The notes under the pieces were generated by a model. That model saw nothing but the letters and a program-made list of their open reading frames with translations. It ran no database searches and had not been told where the DNA came from. Made by a program: the position numbers and the translations under genes. This document shows positions 22,382 through 33,908 of a stretch of 64,000 bases of DNA, piece after piece; position 1 is the stretch's first letter; each line of letters begins with the position of its first letter. The stretch is from assembly GCA_007571325.1 (NCBI GenBank), contig RKRQ01000065.1, forward strand, positions 7,972 to 71,971. Reading direction: 5' to 3'. This stretch comes from Candidatus Dadabacteria bacterium. GTDB taxonomy: Bacteria > Desulfobacterota_D > UBA1144 > Nemesobacterales > Nemesobacteraceae.

Positions 22382-23464
22382 ATGGCTAATAATTACTACG
22401 AAATTCTAGGTGTTACAAAAAACGCTTCTCCTGAAGATATAAAAAACTCCTACAAGAAACTTGCCTTTAAATATCACCCAGACCGCAATCCTGGAGATAA
22501 GAACGCTGAAGAGAAATTTAAGGAAATAAACGAAGCATACCAAGTACTTAACGATAGGAATAAAAGGGCGCGCTATGACAGTTTTGGCCATATCTCGAGT
22601 GATGGCATGGGTGGTGGTTTCTCAGGGTTCGGGGACATTTTTGGAGACCTCTTTGATGATGTTTTTACAGGAGGAACGGGAAGACGCAGAGCTCGACAAG
22701 GAGCGAGTCTGCAGCATGACCTCGAGGTAGATTTTGACGAAGCCGCATTTGGTACGCAGAAAGAGATAAAAATTAGAAAGCGGAAACTCTGCGATGATTG
22801 TTCCGGTTCGGGAGCCGGAGTTGGAGGAGAATCCATTTGTGACCGTTGCGGGGGGCGGGGGTCCGTTGCGTTTTCCCAAGGTCCGTTTTCAATAAGTCAG
22901 GGGTGTTCTTCATGTGGAGGAAGTGGAAAGATCATAACAAACCCTTGTAACAGTTGTAGAGGCTCTGGACTCTCATATACAGAAAAAGTCGTAAGCGTCA
23001 ATATACCTGCTGGTATCTCCAGTGGAATGAGGCTCGTGATAAGGGGGGAAGGTGAACCTGGAGCTCAAGGAGGTCCCCCAGGAGATTTGTACATACAGGT
23101 CAGTGTAAAGGAACATCCCATTTTCAGAAGAGACGGAAACGATATAGTATGTGATTTCTTGATAAGCTTTACCCAGGCGGCTCTTGGAGATGAAGTGGAT
23201 GTTCCTATTCTAAAGGGCACCACCAAAATGAAAATTCCCGCCGGAACACAGCCGGGACAGACTTTCAGGCTTAGAGGAAAAGGACTTGTGGATGTAGAAT
23301 CCGGGAGCCTTGGAGATCAATATGTTTTGATAAAAGTTGTGATACCGCAGAAGCTTACAAGAAAACAGAAAGAAGCTTTAAAAGAATTTGCCGGAAGCTA
23401 TAACGAAAGAAAAGAGCCTCTAATTGAAAAATACTTCAATAAAATAAAGAATTTAGTCCGCTGA
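22382..23464 (+). CDS. dnaJ: Chaperone DnaJ (class A)
   Basis: J domain HPD, G/F-rich linker, four CxxCxGxG repeats. Confidence 0.96.
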   Translation: MANNYYEILGVTKNASPEDIKNSYKKLAFKYHPDRNPGDKNAEEKFKEINEAYQVLNDRNKRARYDSFGHISSDGMGGGFSGFGDIFGDLFDDVFTGGTGRRRARQGASLQHDLEVDFDEAAFGTQKEIKIRKRKLCDDCSGSGAGVGGESICDRCGGRGSVAFSQGPFSISQGCSSCGGSGKIITNPCNSCRGSGLSYTEKVVSVNIPAGISSGMRLVIRGEGEPGAQGGPPGDLYIQVSVKEHPIFRRDGNDIVCDFLISFTQAALGDEVDVPILKGTTKMKIPAGTQPGQTFRLRGKGLVDVESGSLGDQYVLIKVVIPQKLTRKQKEALKEFAGSYNERKEPLIEKYFNKIKNLVR

Positions 23465-23509
23465 ATATAAAGCATTACATTATATTAGCTAGCTTTTACT
23501 GCCGTAAAT

Positions 23510-23782
23510 CTATCCTCCGGCAATTGCTGGAATAATTGATACTATGTCTCCGTCGTTAAGTTCTGTCTCCACTCCGTCAAGGAACCTTATATCTTCATTG
23601 TTAACATAGATGTTTATGAATCTTCTTACCTTGCCACCCTCATCACAGAGTCTGTTCTTCATACCGGGACATTCGCTCTCCAGTTCTTCTATGAGAGCAG
23701 ATACCGTAGATGCTCCTATGTCAAGTTCGTCTCTGTCTCCTGAGAGTTTTCTAAGGGGTGTTGGAATTCTTACCGATACCAT
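23510..23782 (-). CDS. Ubiquitin-like sulfur carrier protein (MoaD/CysO family)
   Basis: VRIPTPLR, RFINIYVNNEDIRFL, C-terminal AIAGG; SD AGGAG before ATG 23782. Confidence 0.92.
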   Translation of the reverse strand: MVSVRIPTPLRKLSGDRDELDIGASTVSALIEELESECPGMKNRLCDEGGKVRRFINIYVNNEDIRFLDGVETELNDGDIVSIIPAIAGG

Positions 23783-23871
23783 GTTTTTCTCCTGTTTCTC
23801 CCTTGGTTTGTTCAAATTTCTTTTTTGTCTCTATTAATATTTATGACTATACCACGTAACACCATAGTTTT

Positions 23872-25098
23872 TTACTTCTTATAGAGTTCTTCAAAATCTT
23901 CAAGAGTGGGACCTATGACCTCGGGCTTTCTAAGACTTTCTTCAACAGCGTCCTGAGTTTTAAGACCGTTTCCTGTTATAGATACCACAATTGGTTCATT
24001 GCGGGGAATTTTTCCGTTGTCTATAAGTTTTTTGGTTACTCCAAGAGTTACTCCGCCTGCGGTTTCCGTATAGATGCCCTCAGTTTTAGCTAGAAGTTCT
24101 ATCGCTTCTACTATTTCCTTATCGCTCACGTCCTCCGCCGCTCCGCCACTTTCCCTTATTATGTTCATTGCATAGTAACCGTCGGCTGGAGTTCCAATAG
24201 CAAGAGATTTCGCTATAGTGTTCGGTTTTACCGGTTTGAACATTTCCCAGTTGTTTTTAAATGCGGTTGATATAGGAGAACATCCCGTTGCCTGAGCGCC
24301 ATATATTTTTGAACCTTGAGGCTCTACGATTCCAAGCAGTTCAAATTCCTTTATTGCTTTCCATATCTTGGTAAGAAGAGAGCCGCTCGCCATTGGAACT
24401 ACTATGTGCTTTGGGGCTTTCCATCCAAGTTGTTCCATTACCTCAAACGCATATGACTTGGATCCTTCGGAATAATACGGCCTCATGTTTATATTCACAA
24501 ATGCCCAGTTGTATTTGTTGGCGATTTCACTGCAGAGCCTGTTAACGTCATCATAAGTGCCTTTTACGCCTATAAGATTTGCTCCATAGACTATGGTGTT
24601 AAGTATTTTTGACTGTTCAAGGTCGTGTGGAATCAATATGAAGCTTTTAAGATTTCCGGCGGCGGAAATAGAAGATACAGAGTTTGCTAAATTTCCCGTG
24701 GATGCACATCCAGTTGTACTGAATCCAAACTCCCTTGCTTTTGAAAGAGCTACGGACACAACTCTGTCTTTAAAAGAAAGGGTGGGATAGCAGACCGCGT
24801 CGTTTTTCACGTAGACTTCCGAAACCCCTAGTGCTTCAGCCAGATTTCTGGTCCGTACAAGAGGAGTGTATCCCACTTGAGTTCCGAGAGTAGGCTCAGA
24901 ATCGACTGGAAGAAGTTCCCTGTATCTCCATATAGTCTGCGAGCGAGAGATTATTTTTTCTCTCGAGATATGTTTTTTTATCTCATCATAGTTGTATACG
25001 ACTTCGAGAGGACCGAAACACATTTCGCATACATGCTTCGGTTCTTTAGGATAAAACTCACCGCATTCTTTACATTTGAGAGATTCTACAAAACCCAT
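23872..25098 (-). CDS. Threonine synthase-like PLP enzyme, sulfur-carrier-linked subfamily (possible O-phosphohomoserine sulfhydrylase)
   Basis: N-terminal CxxC..CxxC, PTLSFKDR PLP lysine, ASTGN, RPYYSEGSK, TGNGLK; directly upstream of the sulfur carrier gene. Confidence 0.85.
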   Translation of the reverse strand: MGFVESLKCKECGEFYPKEPKHVCEMCFGPLEVVYNYDEIKKHISREKIISRSQTIWRYRELLPVDSEPTLGTQVGYTPLVRTRNLAEALGVSEVYVKNDAVCYPTLSFKDRVVSVALSKAREFGFSTTGCASTGNLANSVSSISAAGNLKSFILIPHDLEQSKILNTIVYGANLIGVKGTYDDVNRLCSEIANKYNWAFVNINMRPYYSEGSKSYAFEVMEQLGWKAPKHIVVPMASGSLLTKIWKAIKEFELLGIVEPQGSKIYGAQATGCSPISTAFKNNWEMFKPVKPNTIAKSLAIGTPADGYYAMNIIRESGGAAEDVSDKEIVEAIELLAKTEGIYTETAGGVTLGVTKKLIDNGKIPRNEPIVVSITGNGLKTQDAVEESLRKPEVIGPTLEDFEELYKK

Positions 25099-25288
25099 TG
25101 TGTCTCCGCAAGGTCAATCGGGAGTAAAAATTACCCTAATAGCTTTTGATGTCAACGAAATTCCGCGTTTTGTATGCTGTATATTTAAAGAGGTCTTTGC
25201 TTGGTTTGTTCTTCGATATGCAACTCTGATTTTTATTCGCAGTGAGGCTTTCAGGTACACTTTCACACAAAAATTGAAGGAGATCTGT

Positions 25289-26080
25289 ATGAAAGTGCTT
25301 AGCGAAAACGGATTCTCAATACACGGTTTCAGGGTCGGTGAAAGTGATAGCAACTACAATTACTTGGTGGCGTGTGAGGAAACCGGAGAATGTGTGGTAA
25401 TAGACCCACTTGATCCGGTCACTGTTCTAAAAATCATAAGAAAAATGGATTACAGGGTGAAATACGTATTGAATACTCACGCGCACCCAGATCACATTTA
25501 CGGAAACAACCCTATAACGAAGGTTTTTCTTTCTTCAAAAATACTTATTCATACGAGCGCTCTTGACTATGTGGCTCCAAGAAGCGAGGGAGTAGAGGAA
25601 GGAGACAAGGTAGACTTCGGAAAGCAACGGATTGATGTAATTCATACTCCGGGACACTGTCCAGAACATATATCATTTATAATTGGGGACAATATTTTTC
25701 TTGGTGATACAGCCTTTGTTTCAGGGTGTGGGAACGTAAGGTTTAGAGGAAAAGCGGAGGATCTCTATGAAACTTTTGCTTTTAAGCTTTCTTGTCTTCC
25801 CGGAAGACTTAGAATGTTTTGTGGTCATGACTATGCAGAAACCAACCTCAAGTTTACTCTTAAGCTTAATCCAGAAAATAAAGATGCGAAGAGAAAACTT
25901 AAAGAGATTCCAGAGGACAAGTTCCCCCGTTCAACCCTGGGGGAGGAGAGAACCTATAATCCCTTTATGAGAATTGATAACCCTGCAGTTGTGGATGCAA
26001 TAATAGAAAAGGACCGGTCTCTGGAAAATGATCCTATGGCAGTTTTCATAAAGTTAAGAGAACTTAGAGACAGGTGGTAG
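25289..26080 (+). CDS. gloB: Hydroxyacylglutathione hydrolase (glyoxalase II-type MBL fold)
   Basis: THAHPDH, TPGH, GDT.F.SGCG, CGHDY, E..YNPFMR; SD GAAGGAG before ATG 25289. Confidence 0.82.
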   Translation: MKVLSENGFSIHGFRVGESDSNYNYLVACEETGECVVIDPLDPVTVLKIIRKMDYRVKYVLNTHAHPDHIYGNNPITKVFLSSKILIHTSALDYVAPRSEGVEEGDKVDFGKQRIDVIHTPGHCPEHISFIIGDNIFLGDTAFVSGCGNVRFRGKAEDLYETFAFKLSCLPGRLRMFCGHDYAETNLKFTLKLNPENKDAKRKLKEIPEDKFPRSTLGEERTYNPFMRIDNPAVVDAIIEKDRSLENDPMAVFIKLRELRDRW

Positions 26081-26166
26081 ATTCTGTGTTTTTACTTGTT
26101 TCCACAAAGCGGCATTTGTCAGTTGAAATAAGAAAATACTAGACCTCTTAGTGAGGCAAGCGACTT

Positions 26167-29100
26167 ATGAGTACAGAAAACAACTCCAATAAACCCCACG
26201 CTTTGCTTGAGTCCGTTGCGCAAAAAAGAATAGTTTTTTTCGACGGCGCTATGGGAACAATGATTCAGAGGGAAAACCTCCAGGAAGAGGATTTCAGGGG
26301 GGAATTATTCTCTGATCACCCGGCGGACCTAAAGGGTAATAATGATCTTCTTTCCCTTACAAAACCTGAAATTATATACAAAATTCACAGGGAATATTTT
26401 GAAGCTGGATGCGATATAGTTGAAACCAATACCTTTAACTCTACTTCAGTAGCTCAGGCTGATTATGGACTTGAGAACTGGGTAAGAACCCTTAATCTTG
26501 AGTCGGCCAAAATCGCAAAAAAAGCGGCTTCTGATTTTATGGAACAAAATCCCGAGCGGCTCTGTTTTGTGGCTGGAGCACTGGGTCCGACTAATAAAAC
26601 AGCCTCAATTTCCCCTGACGTTAACGACCCCTCATACAGGGCGATTTCGTTTGATCAACTCGTAGAAGCTTACCGTGAGCAGACAGAAGCCCTTGTTGAA
26701 GGAGGGGTGGATATACTTCTACCCGAAACCATCTTTGACACCCTGAATCTAAAAGCAGCCATGTATGCCATTGAAGCCTTTTTCGATGAACATGATGGGG
26801 AAAGAATTCCGATCATGCTTTCTGTCACCATAACGGACCGTTCTGGTCGAACGCTTTCGGGACAGACAATAGAGGCTTTTTGGAATTCGGTTCGTCATGC
26901 AAAACCTTTCAGCGTTGGGATAAACTGCGCACTAGGTGCAGAAGATATGCGTCCTTATATTGAAGAGCTCTCACGAATAGCTGACTGCCGCATAAGCTGC
27001 TACCCGAATGCCGGACTTCCCAATCCCTTGAGTGAAACTGGATACGACGAAACACCAGATATCACTTCCACTTTCCTTCTGGATTTTGCAAAGAGTGGTT
27101 TTCTCAACATAGTAGGCGGATGCTGCGGTACTACTCCGGAGCACATAAAGATGGTGGTGGAAAAACTCAGAGATATTCCACCAAGAGAAACTCCCTGCAA
27201 CAAAGACATGACCAGATTGAGCGGTCTTGAATCCCTTAACATATCCTCCGAGTCAGAAGGGCCTTTCATAATGGTTGGAGAAAGAGCAAATGTGACCGGG
27301 TCTCCCAAGTTTGCAAGGCTTGTAAAGGAAGGAGATTTTGAAGGAGCCGTTTCAATAGCTCTTCAACAGGTGGAAAACGGAGCGAACATAATAGATGTTA
27401 ATTTTGATGAAGGACTTCTTGACTCTGAAAGCTGTATGGAACGTTTTCTTAATCTTATAGCTTCAGAACCTGAGGTGACTAGGATTCCTGTAATGATAGA
27501 CAGCTCTAGATGGTCTGTTATTGAGCGGGGGCTTAAATGTATTCAAGGTAAATGCATTGTGAATTCCATAAGTCTTAAGGAAGGAGAACAGATTTTCTGC
27601 GAGCAGGCAAGAACGGCAATGCGTTATGGTGCTTCGGTTGTGGTGATGGCTTTTGATGAAAAAGGCCAAGCTACCTCAAAAAAAGACAAGGTAGAAATAT
27701 GCAGAAGGGCCTACCGCATATTAACCGAAGAAGTTGGGATGGATCCCTGCGACATAATTTTTGATCCCAATATTTTAACGGTAGCAACTGGTATCGAGGA
27801 ACACAATTCCTATGCCGTGAATTTTTTTGAAGCCGTAAAGGAAATAAAGAAATCCTGTCCCAAAGCGCTTACAAGCGGTGGGGTAAGCAATATATCTTTT
27901 TCTTTTAGAGGAAACAACTTCGTGCGTGAAGCGATGCACAGCGCATTTCTTTACCACGCTGTAAAAGCCGGTCTTGACATGGGGATAGTGAATGCGGGAA
28001 TGCTCACTGTTTATGACGATATCGACCCTGAACTTCTAAAAAGAGTGGAAGATGTGCTTCTTAACCGTCGTTCCGATTCTACAGAACGTCTTGTTGAATA
28101 TGCTAGACGTTTTGAAGGAGTGAAATCCACGGGTGCTGAAAAAGAAACTAAGCGGTGGAGAGAGCTTGAGGTTGAAAAGCGTCTTGAGTTCTCTCTTGTA
28201 AATGGTGTAGGGGATTTCATAGCCGCTGACACCGAAGAAGCTAGGGTTAAGTACGAAACCCCGCTTAAGGTTATCGAAGGGCCTCTTATGGATGGGATGA
28301 AGGTAGTCGGTGATCTTTTTGGTAGTGGTAAGATGTTTCTTCCTCAGGTGGTGAAAAGTGCAAGAGTAATGAAAAAAGCTGTCGCGTATCTTCAGCCCTT
28401 TATGGATCAGGAAAAAACTGTAGGTGGGACAGAAAAAGGAAAGTTTGTTATAGCTACAGTAAAAGGAGATGTTCACGATATAGGAAAAAATATAGTGTCC
28501 GTGGTTCTGGGTTGCAATAACTATAAAATAATAGATTTAGGGGTAATGGTTCCTTGCGAAAAGATACTTAAAGTTGCAAAAGAGCATCAAGCGGATTTTA
28601 TAGGATTAAGCGGATTGATCACACCTTCTCTTGATGAAATGGTGTATAACGCAAAAGAAATGCAGAGGGAAGGATTTAGTATTCCTCTACTTATTGGAGG
28701 TGCAACAACAAGCAGGGCTCACACGGCGATAAAGATAGCTCCTGAGTATAGTGGCATAGTTGACCACGTATCCGATGCTTCTCTTGTTGTGGGTGTTTGT
28801 AACAATATAATGAATCCGCAGAGAGCCCGACTTTATGTGGAGGAGCTTGAAAAGAGCAATTTGGAGCAGAGACAACGTTTTGAGGGAGCTAGAAGTCAAG
28901 TGGAGTATACTCCCATAAAAGACGCTAGAGAAAAAGCTTTTCCGAGTGATTGGGAAAAGCTGACAATATCATCTCCAGAGCGGCTTGGGGTTTTTGTCTT
29001 TGACAATATCTCTCTTGCAGAAGTTGCCGGTTATATAGACTGGTCTCCTTTTTTCTGGGCGTGGGAGCTTAAGGGAGTATTTCCCAAGATACTTGAACAT

Positions 29101-29871
29101 CCTAAAAGGGGAGGTGAGGCGAAAAAACTTTACCGGGATGGTCAGACGCTTCTTAAACGGATAATTTTGGAGAAAATTTTTACCCCCCGTGCGGTTGTCG
29201 GAATTTTCCGAGCAAACAGTGTTGGAGACGACGTTGAAATCTATGACTCTGAAAAGCAGGTTTTGGCTATCTTTCATTTCCTAAGACAACAGGAGATGCG
29301 TTCTAAACAGGGATACTATTACTGTCTTTCCGATTTTATAGCGCCGAAAGCTTCAAGCAGAGAAGATTATATGGGTGGCTTTGTAGTAACTGCGGGAGAA
29401 GGGGTTGAGAGGCTTTCGGGAGATTTTAAGGAAAAAGGCGATGATTACAATTCAATCATGGCAAGTGTGCTGGGAGATAGAATAGCTGAAGCCCTTGCTG
29501 AAATGATCCATAAAAAAGTAAGAGATCTCTGGGGATACGGTAAAAAAGAAAAACTTAGCCCTGAAGAGTTGATAAATGAAAAATACAGAGGAATAAGACC
29601 TGCTCCGGGCTACCCGTCCTGCCCTGACCATACGGAAAAAGAGATTCTCTGGGACCTTCTCGAAGCGGAAGAGCACACGGGAGTATCCCTTACAGAAAGT
29701 TTTGCCATGAATCCTCCGAGTTCGGTTTCTGGTTTTTATATAGCTCATCCCCAGTCCAGGTATTTTTCTCTTGGAAAAATACTGAAGGATCAGGTTCAGG
29801 ACTATGCGGAGAGAAAGAAAATCAATTTTGAGCAGGCGGAAAGATGGCTCCGCCCGAATCTTGCGTATTGA
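26167..29871 (+). CDS. metH: Cobalamin-dependent methionine synthase
   Basis: [26 protein letters not shown]12 motif, RPAPGYP reactivation domain. Confidence 0.98.
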   Translation: MSTENNSNKPHALLESVAQKRIVFFDGAMGTMIQRENLQEEDFRGELFSDHPADLKGNNDLLSLTKPEIIYKIHREYFEAGCDIVETNTFNSTSVAQADYGLENWVRTLNLESAKIAKKAASDFMEQNPERLCFVAGALGPTNKTASISPDVNDPSYRAISFDQLVEAYREQTEALVEGGVDILLPETIFDTLNLKAAMYAIEAFFDEHDGERIPIMLSVTITDRSGRTLSGQTIEAFWNSVRHAKPFSVGINCALGAEDMRPYIEELSRIADCRISCYPNAGLPNPLSETGYDETPDITSTFLLDFAKSGFLNIVGGCCGTTPEHIKMVVEKLRDIPPRETPCNKDMTRLSGLESLNISSESEGPFIMVGERANVTGSPKFARLVKEGDFEGAVSIALQQVENGANIIDVNFDEGLLDSESCMERFLNLIASEPEVTRIPVMIDSSRWSVIERGLKCIQGKCIVNSISLKEGEQIFCEQARTAMRYGASVVVMAFDEKGQATSKKDKVEICRRAYRILTEEVGMDPCDIIFDPNILTVATGIEEHNSYAVNFFEAVKEIKKSCPKALTSGGVSNISFSFRGNNFVREAMHSAFLYHAVKAGLDMGIVNAGMLTVYDDIDPELLKRVEDVLLNRRSDSTERLVEYARRFEGVKSTGAEKETKRWRELEVEKRLEFSLVNGVGDFIAADTEEARVKYETPLKVIEGPLMDGMKVVGDLFGSGKMFLPQVVKSARVMKKAVAYLQPFMDQEKTVGGTEKGKFVIATVKGDVHDIGKNIVSVVLGCNNYKIIDLGVMVPCEKILKVAKEHQADFIGLSGLITPSLDEMVYNAKEMQREGFSIPLLIGGATTSRAHTAIKIAPEYSGIVDHVSDASLVVGVCNNIMNPQRARLYVEELEKSNLEQRQRFEGARSQVEYTPIKDAREKAFPSDWEKLTISSPERLGVFVFDNISLAEVAGYIDWSPFFWAWELKGVFPKILEHPKRGGEAKKLYRDGQTLLKRIILEKIFTPRAVVGIFRANSVGDDVEIYDSEKQVLAIFHFLRQQEMRSKQGYYYCLSDFIAPKASSREDYMGGFVVTAGEGVERLSGDFKEKGDDYNSIMASVLGDRIAEALAEMIHKKVRDLWGYGKKEKLSPEELINEKYRGIRPAPGYPSCPDHTEKEILWDLLEAEEHTGVSLTESFAMNPPSSVSGFYIAHPQSRYFSLGKILKDQVQDYAERKKINFEQAERWLRPNLAY

Positions 29872-29898
29872 GAACTTTTTTATGAAGCTGCAAGATTC

Positions 29899-29927
29899 TT
29901 GACAAATCGCTTCAAAATATTTAGAGT
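29899..29927 (+). promoter_or_regulatory. Possible sigma70 promoter upstream of the IHF/HU gene
   Basis: TTGACA-17 nt-TAGAGT. Confidence 0.5.
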
Positions 29928-29967
29928 GAGCCTCTAAGGTCTGGTACTGCTGATTTCCTAGGGCGCT

Positions 29968-30258
29968 ATGAAAAAATCAGATATAGAAAAGCAGCTTTCG
30001 CAGAAATTTAATATTAATCCTGTGGAATCCAAAAAGATTCTTGATGTAATGCTTGACGCTATGGCACGAATGCTTAGCGATGGAGAAAGAATAGAGATAA
30101 GACATTTCGGAAGTTTCTTTACAAAAAACTACGAGCCTTATGAGGGAAGAAATCCCAGAACTGGCGAGAAAATATATATTGGCCAAAAAACCCTCCCTTT
30201 GTTCAAAGTAAGCAACTGGCTTGCCCCGAAACTTACAGAAAAACACAGTGATAAGTGA
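29968..30258 (+). CDS. ihfB: Integration host factor beta-like / HU family DNA-binding protein
   Basis: GERIEIRHFGSF, GRNPRTGE. Confidence 0.78.
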   Translation: MKKSDIEKQLSQKFNINPVESKKILDVMLDAMARMLSDGERIEIRHFGSFFTKNYEPYEGRNPRTGEKIYIGQKTLPLFKVSNWLAPKLTEKHSDK

Positions 30259-30297
30259 TAGGTTTCAGCAGGGGATCGCTAACACTTCTTCTTTCAG

Positions 30298-30813
30298 ATG
30301 CCTGTACTTGATATCCTTGTTTATCCCAACCCGGCGTTAAAGAAAAAATCCTTACCCGTAAAGAAGCTTGACGAAGACATAAAATGTCTTCTGGATGATA
30401 TGGTACAGACCATGCGCGATGCTCACGGGGTTGGACTTGCTGCTCCTCAGATTGGCAGAAACATCCGGATTCTTGTTGTTGATGTGCCTTTGCCTGAAGA
30501 GAACAGAAAGGAGTTCTATGAACTAATAAATCCCGAAATTGTTTCTTCTAGAGGATCTCAGATTGGTAAAGAAGGTTGTCTCAGCGTACCCGGTTTTTAT
30601 GAGAACATAAGACGAAGAAACCATATAAGTGTATCTGCTCTTGACAGAGAAGGTAAGCGTTTCACTATTGATGCGGAGGGAATGCTGTCGAGAGTTCTTC
30701 AACATGAGATAGACCACCTTGATGGTATACTGTTTTTTGACAGATTGGGGCGGCTTAAAAAAGATATTCTTTTAAAACAGATTGACGAGCGGTTTGTATC
30801 CGCACAGAGTTAA
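30298..30813 (+). CDS. def: Peptide deformylase
   Basis: GVGLAAPQIG, EGCLS, QHEIDHLDG. Confidence 0.97.
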   Translation: MPVLDILVYPNPALKKKSLPVKKLDEDIKCLLDDMVQTMRDAHGVGLAAPQIGRNIRILVVDVPLPEENRKEFYELINPEIVSSRGSQIGKEGCLSVPGFYENIRRRNHISVSALDREGKRFTIDAEGMLSRVLQHEIDHLDGILFFDRLGRLKKDILLKQIDERFVSAQS

Positions 30814-30851
30814 CTCTTTATTTTGCTCAATTTTCCGGTTGCTTTCACGAT

Positions 30852-31991
30852 ATGATTTCAGACTTGGTTAAAAACATAGAGCCTTTCTACGTAATGGATA
30901 TTCTTGAGAGGGCGAAACAGCTTGAAAACCAAGGTCGAGATATCATCCATTTTGAGGTGGGAGAACCTGATTTCAATACTCCAGAAGAAATATGTTCAGC
31001 TGCCGTAAAGTGGATAGAAAAAGGCTACACAAAATACACAAGCAGCCTTGGAATCAATGAACTTCGTCAGAGTATTGCGGAGGATTACAGCAATACATAT
31101 GGTGTGGAAGTGGGATATGAAAGAGTGATAGTAACCATAGGTAGTTCGTCCGCGCTTCTGCTGGCGATGCTGACCATTCTTAATCCCGGCGATGAGATAT
31201 TAATAACAGACCCCCATTACGCATGCTATCCACAGATAATAAGTGTTGCAAGGGGAGTAACAAAAAAAATACCTGTTTGCGAAAGCGATGGTTACAAGAT
31301 TGACCCTGCTGAGGTGAGAAAAAATATCGGTAAGAAAACAAAGGCTATACTAGTAAATTCTCCCGCTAATCCAACCGGTGCGGTTATTGACACAGATGTT
31401 CTCTGCGAATTGTCTGAGATGGGTCTTTTTGTAATCTCAGACGAAATATACCACGGTCTTGTATACGGCACACGGGTTAACTCGATTTTGGAATTCACCG
31501 ACAAGGCTATAGCTATAAATGGCTTCGCCAAACTTTACTCCATGACAGGCTGGCGTCTTGGTTATATGATAGTTCCCCAAGAACTTGTAAGGTATGTACA
31601 AAAACTTCAGCAGAATCTTTTTATCTCTGCCGGATCTTTTGTTCAAAAAGCAGGAATCGATGCTATTGAAAAAGTGAAAAAAAGCGCAAAAATCAAAACC
31701 ATAGTGGCTGAGTTTGATAAACGGAGGGAGGAAATGATAAAGGGACTTTCCTCAATCGGATTTAATATAGTAGTTGAACCTAAAGGAGCTTTCTATGTTT
31801 TTGTAAATTCTTCTAGGTGGAGTCAGGATTCGTGGCGCCTTGCGTTTGATATCCTTGAGAACTGCCATGTTGGTGTAACTCCCGGAATAGATTTTAGCGA
31901 CAGAGGAAAAGATTATCTGAGATTTTCATATGCGACATCTATTGACTCTATAAGGGAGGGAGTAAGAAGGTTGGGAGAGTTCTTGGGGTGA
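30852..31991 (+). CDS. PLP-dependent aminotransferase class I/II (aspartate aminotransferase-like)
   Basis: GEPDF, NSPANPTG, SDEIY, K.YSMTGWRLG. Confidence 0.92.
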   Translation: MISDLVKNIEPFYVMDILERAKQLENQGRDIIHFEVGEPDFNTPEEICSAAVKWIEKGYTKYTSSLGINELRQSIAEDYSNTYGVEVGYERVIVTIGSSSALLLAMLTILNPGDEILITDPHYACYPQIISVARGVTKKIPVCESDGYKIDPAEVRKNIGKKTKAILVNSPANPTGAVIDTDVLCELSEMGLFVISDEIYHGLVYGTRVNSILEFTDKAIAINGFAKLYSMTGWRLGYMIVPQELVRYVQKLQQNLFISAGSFVQKAGIDAIEKVKKSAKIKTIVAEFDKRREEMIKGLSSIGFNIVVEPKGAFYVFVNSSRWSQDSWRLAFDILENCHVGVTPGIDFSDRGKDYLRFSYATSIDSIREGVRRLGEFLG

Positions 31992-32090
31992 ATATTAAAA
32001 AAAGGTACTAGGACTTAGTCTTGCTTATAATAAGGAGAGCAAGTTTCCCCCCTTTTTATAACGATATGGATTTTATCAGAGAATACTAAG

Positions 32091-32885
32091 ATGGGTAGAA
32101 AGCTTGTTGTTGGAAATTGGAAGATGAACCTGCTTCAAAAAGAAGCTAAAGAATTGTCTTGTGCAATAGTCGACCTGATTGGAAAAAACTACGATAACTG
32201 TGAAGTGGTGCTTGTGCCCCCATACACAGCTCTTAGAGAGGTGGGCAACTGTATTTCGGGCTCAAATATAGATCTTGGGGCACAGAATGTTTTCGGCAAA
32301 AGCAGGGGGGCTTATACAGGTGAAATATCTGCGCCTATGCTTGTGGATGCGGGATGTAAGTGGGTTATAATCGGCCATTCGGAAAGAAGACATTTACTAG
32401 GGGAAACAGATGAGCAAATAAGGAAGAAAATCTCTCTGTCAATTTCCTATGGTCTTAAGGTAATTCTGTGCGTGGGAGAAACCGAGACCCAAAGAGAGGA
32501 GGCAGTATCGGGAAGTAAAGATATTTCTACAAAAAAAAGAGATATCTTTTCACCGATAAAAACTCAGATAGAAAATGCGCTGGGTGCTTTTGATGAACAA
32601 GGGCTCTTGGATATTGTTATAGCCTATGAACCGGTTTGGGCAATAGGGACAGGGAAAAACGCTACCTCTTTGGAAATAGCTGAAATTCATCAATGTATAA
32701 GAGAACTTCTTGTAGAAATGTTTCCCGATTCGGGTAATAATGTAAGGATTTTATATGGTGGAAGCGTCAAAACGGGTAATATATCGGATATTATGTCTGT
32801 TGATGAAGTCGACGGAGTTTTAGTTGGAGGGGCCAGTCTTTCAGTCGATTCGTTTTTTAAAATAGTAAAACTTATTGGGAGTTAG
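32091..32885 (+). CDS. tpiA: Triosephosphate isomerase
   Basis: GNWKMN, GHSERR, AYEPVWAIGTG, YGGSV, LVGGASL. Confidence 0.98.
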   Translation: MGRKLVVGNWKMNLLQKEAKELSCAIVDLIGKNYDNCEVVLVPPYTALREVGNCISGSNIDLGAQNVFGKSRGAYTGEISAPMLVDAGCKWVIIGHSERRHLLGETDEQIRKKISLSISYGLKVILCVGETETQREEAVSGSKDISTKKRDIFSPIKTQIENALGAFDEQGLLDIVIAYEPVWAIGTGKNATSLEIAEIHQCIRELLVEMFPDSGNNVRILYGGSVKTGNISDIMSVDEVDGVLVGGASLSVDSFFKIVKLIGS

Positions 32886-32888
32886 AAA

Positions 32889-33365
32889 TTGGAGTTCTTA
32901 ATACCGTCGGTAAAAATTATTCACATAATTGTTAGTATAGTTCTTGTACTGATAATACTGCTTCAGCCTAGCAAATCCAGTGATATAGGTTCAATGTTTG
33001 GAGGTGGAAGTTCAGAGTCAGTCTTTGGTTCAAGTGGAGCAATGCCTTTTCTTGTGAAAATGACTAGGCTTTTTGGACTTATATTCGTAATTACATCTCT
33101 GTTTCTGGGATATACTTCCGTAAAGTCAATATCAGGTTCAGTTGTGGAAACGTCTGCCGGCGGAGTATTTGAAGAGCTTCCTCAGTCTGAGGAGAAGCCT
33201 TTGGAAAAATCTGTGGAACGGACTAACGATATAGAACGAGCTAAGCAATTGCAGGAAGTTGGAACAGTTGTGGATACTGAATCAATGTCTGTCTCTTCTT
33301 CTGAATCTGTTCCGGTTAAAATAGAACCTGAACTCAGAGATTCTGAGAAAAAACCTAGAGAATAA
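32889..33365 (+). CDS. secG: Preprotein translocase subunit SecG with acidic C-terminal tail
   Basis: ILLQ..FGGG..VFGSSG..L.K.T two-TM pattern; follows tpiA; TTG start. Confidence 0.88.
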   Translation: MEFLIPSVKIIHIIVSIVLVLIILLQPSKSSDIGSMFGGGSSESVFGSSGAMPFLVKMTRLFGLIFVITSLFLGYTSVKSISGSVVETSAGGVFEELPQSEEKPLEKSVERTNDIERAKQLQEVGTVVDTESMSVSSSESVPVKIEPELRDSEKKPRE

Positions 33366-33462
33366 TAATCTCTTGTCGCATGTCTTTTATTTAAAAAAGC
33401 TTTAGTTAGTATTACGGAATATAGTATTATAGTCGCGACGTGCCAATCTGGAGGCCTAAAAA

Positions 33463-33729
33463 ATGGCTTATATAATTGCCGAACCATGTGTTGGGGTGAA
33501 AGACAAAGCCTGTGTCGAAGCATGCCCGGTTGATTGCATATATGAAGCAGATGATCAACTGATTATTCATCCTGATGAGTGTATAGACTGCGGAGCGTGC
33601 GTTGACCCTTGTCCGGTGGATGCTATATTCCATGAAGACGAATTGCCCGAGAAATGGCAGAAGTTTATTGATATCAACAAAGATTTTTTTGAGGGCAAAG
33701 AGGGTCTTGAACCGGCAAGAAATGACTGA
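33463..33729 (+). CDS. Dicluster (7Fe-type) ferredoxin
   Basis: PC...KD.ACV..CPVDCI and CIDCGACV..CP motifs; SD GGAGG. Confidence 0.93.
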   Translation: MAYIIAEPCVGVKDKACVEACPVDCIYEADDQLIIHPDECIDCGACVDPCPVDAIFHEDELPEKWQKFIDINKDFFEGKEGLEPARND

Positions 33730-33908
33730 GCTGACGTAAGGAAGATAGAAGAAGCGAAGGGCGGTTTTAACCTTTCAGTTCTCTTCCTTGTTTTTGTCTC
33801 TTTAACCTGATTTTCTTCAGGAAACCACCTAACTAATTCGCCTCTGCGTATCAAACAGTATACATTTGCAGCTCGAGAAGTTTCGCGTATATATTCTTAC
33901 TGTTTGAC

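Noticed and set aside
25099..25288. SAM or other riboswitch upstream of the ThrC-like gene
   Set aside because: I could not recognise SAM-I core sequences or a terminator/antiterminator pair; an Rfam scan would be needed to exclude it fully.
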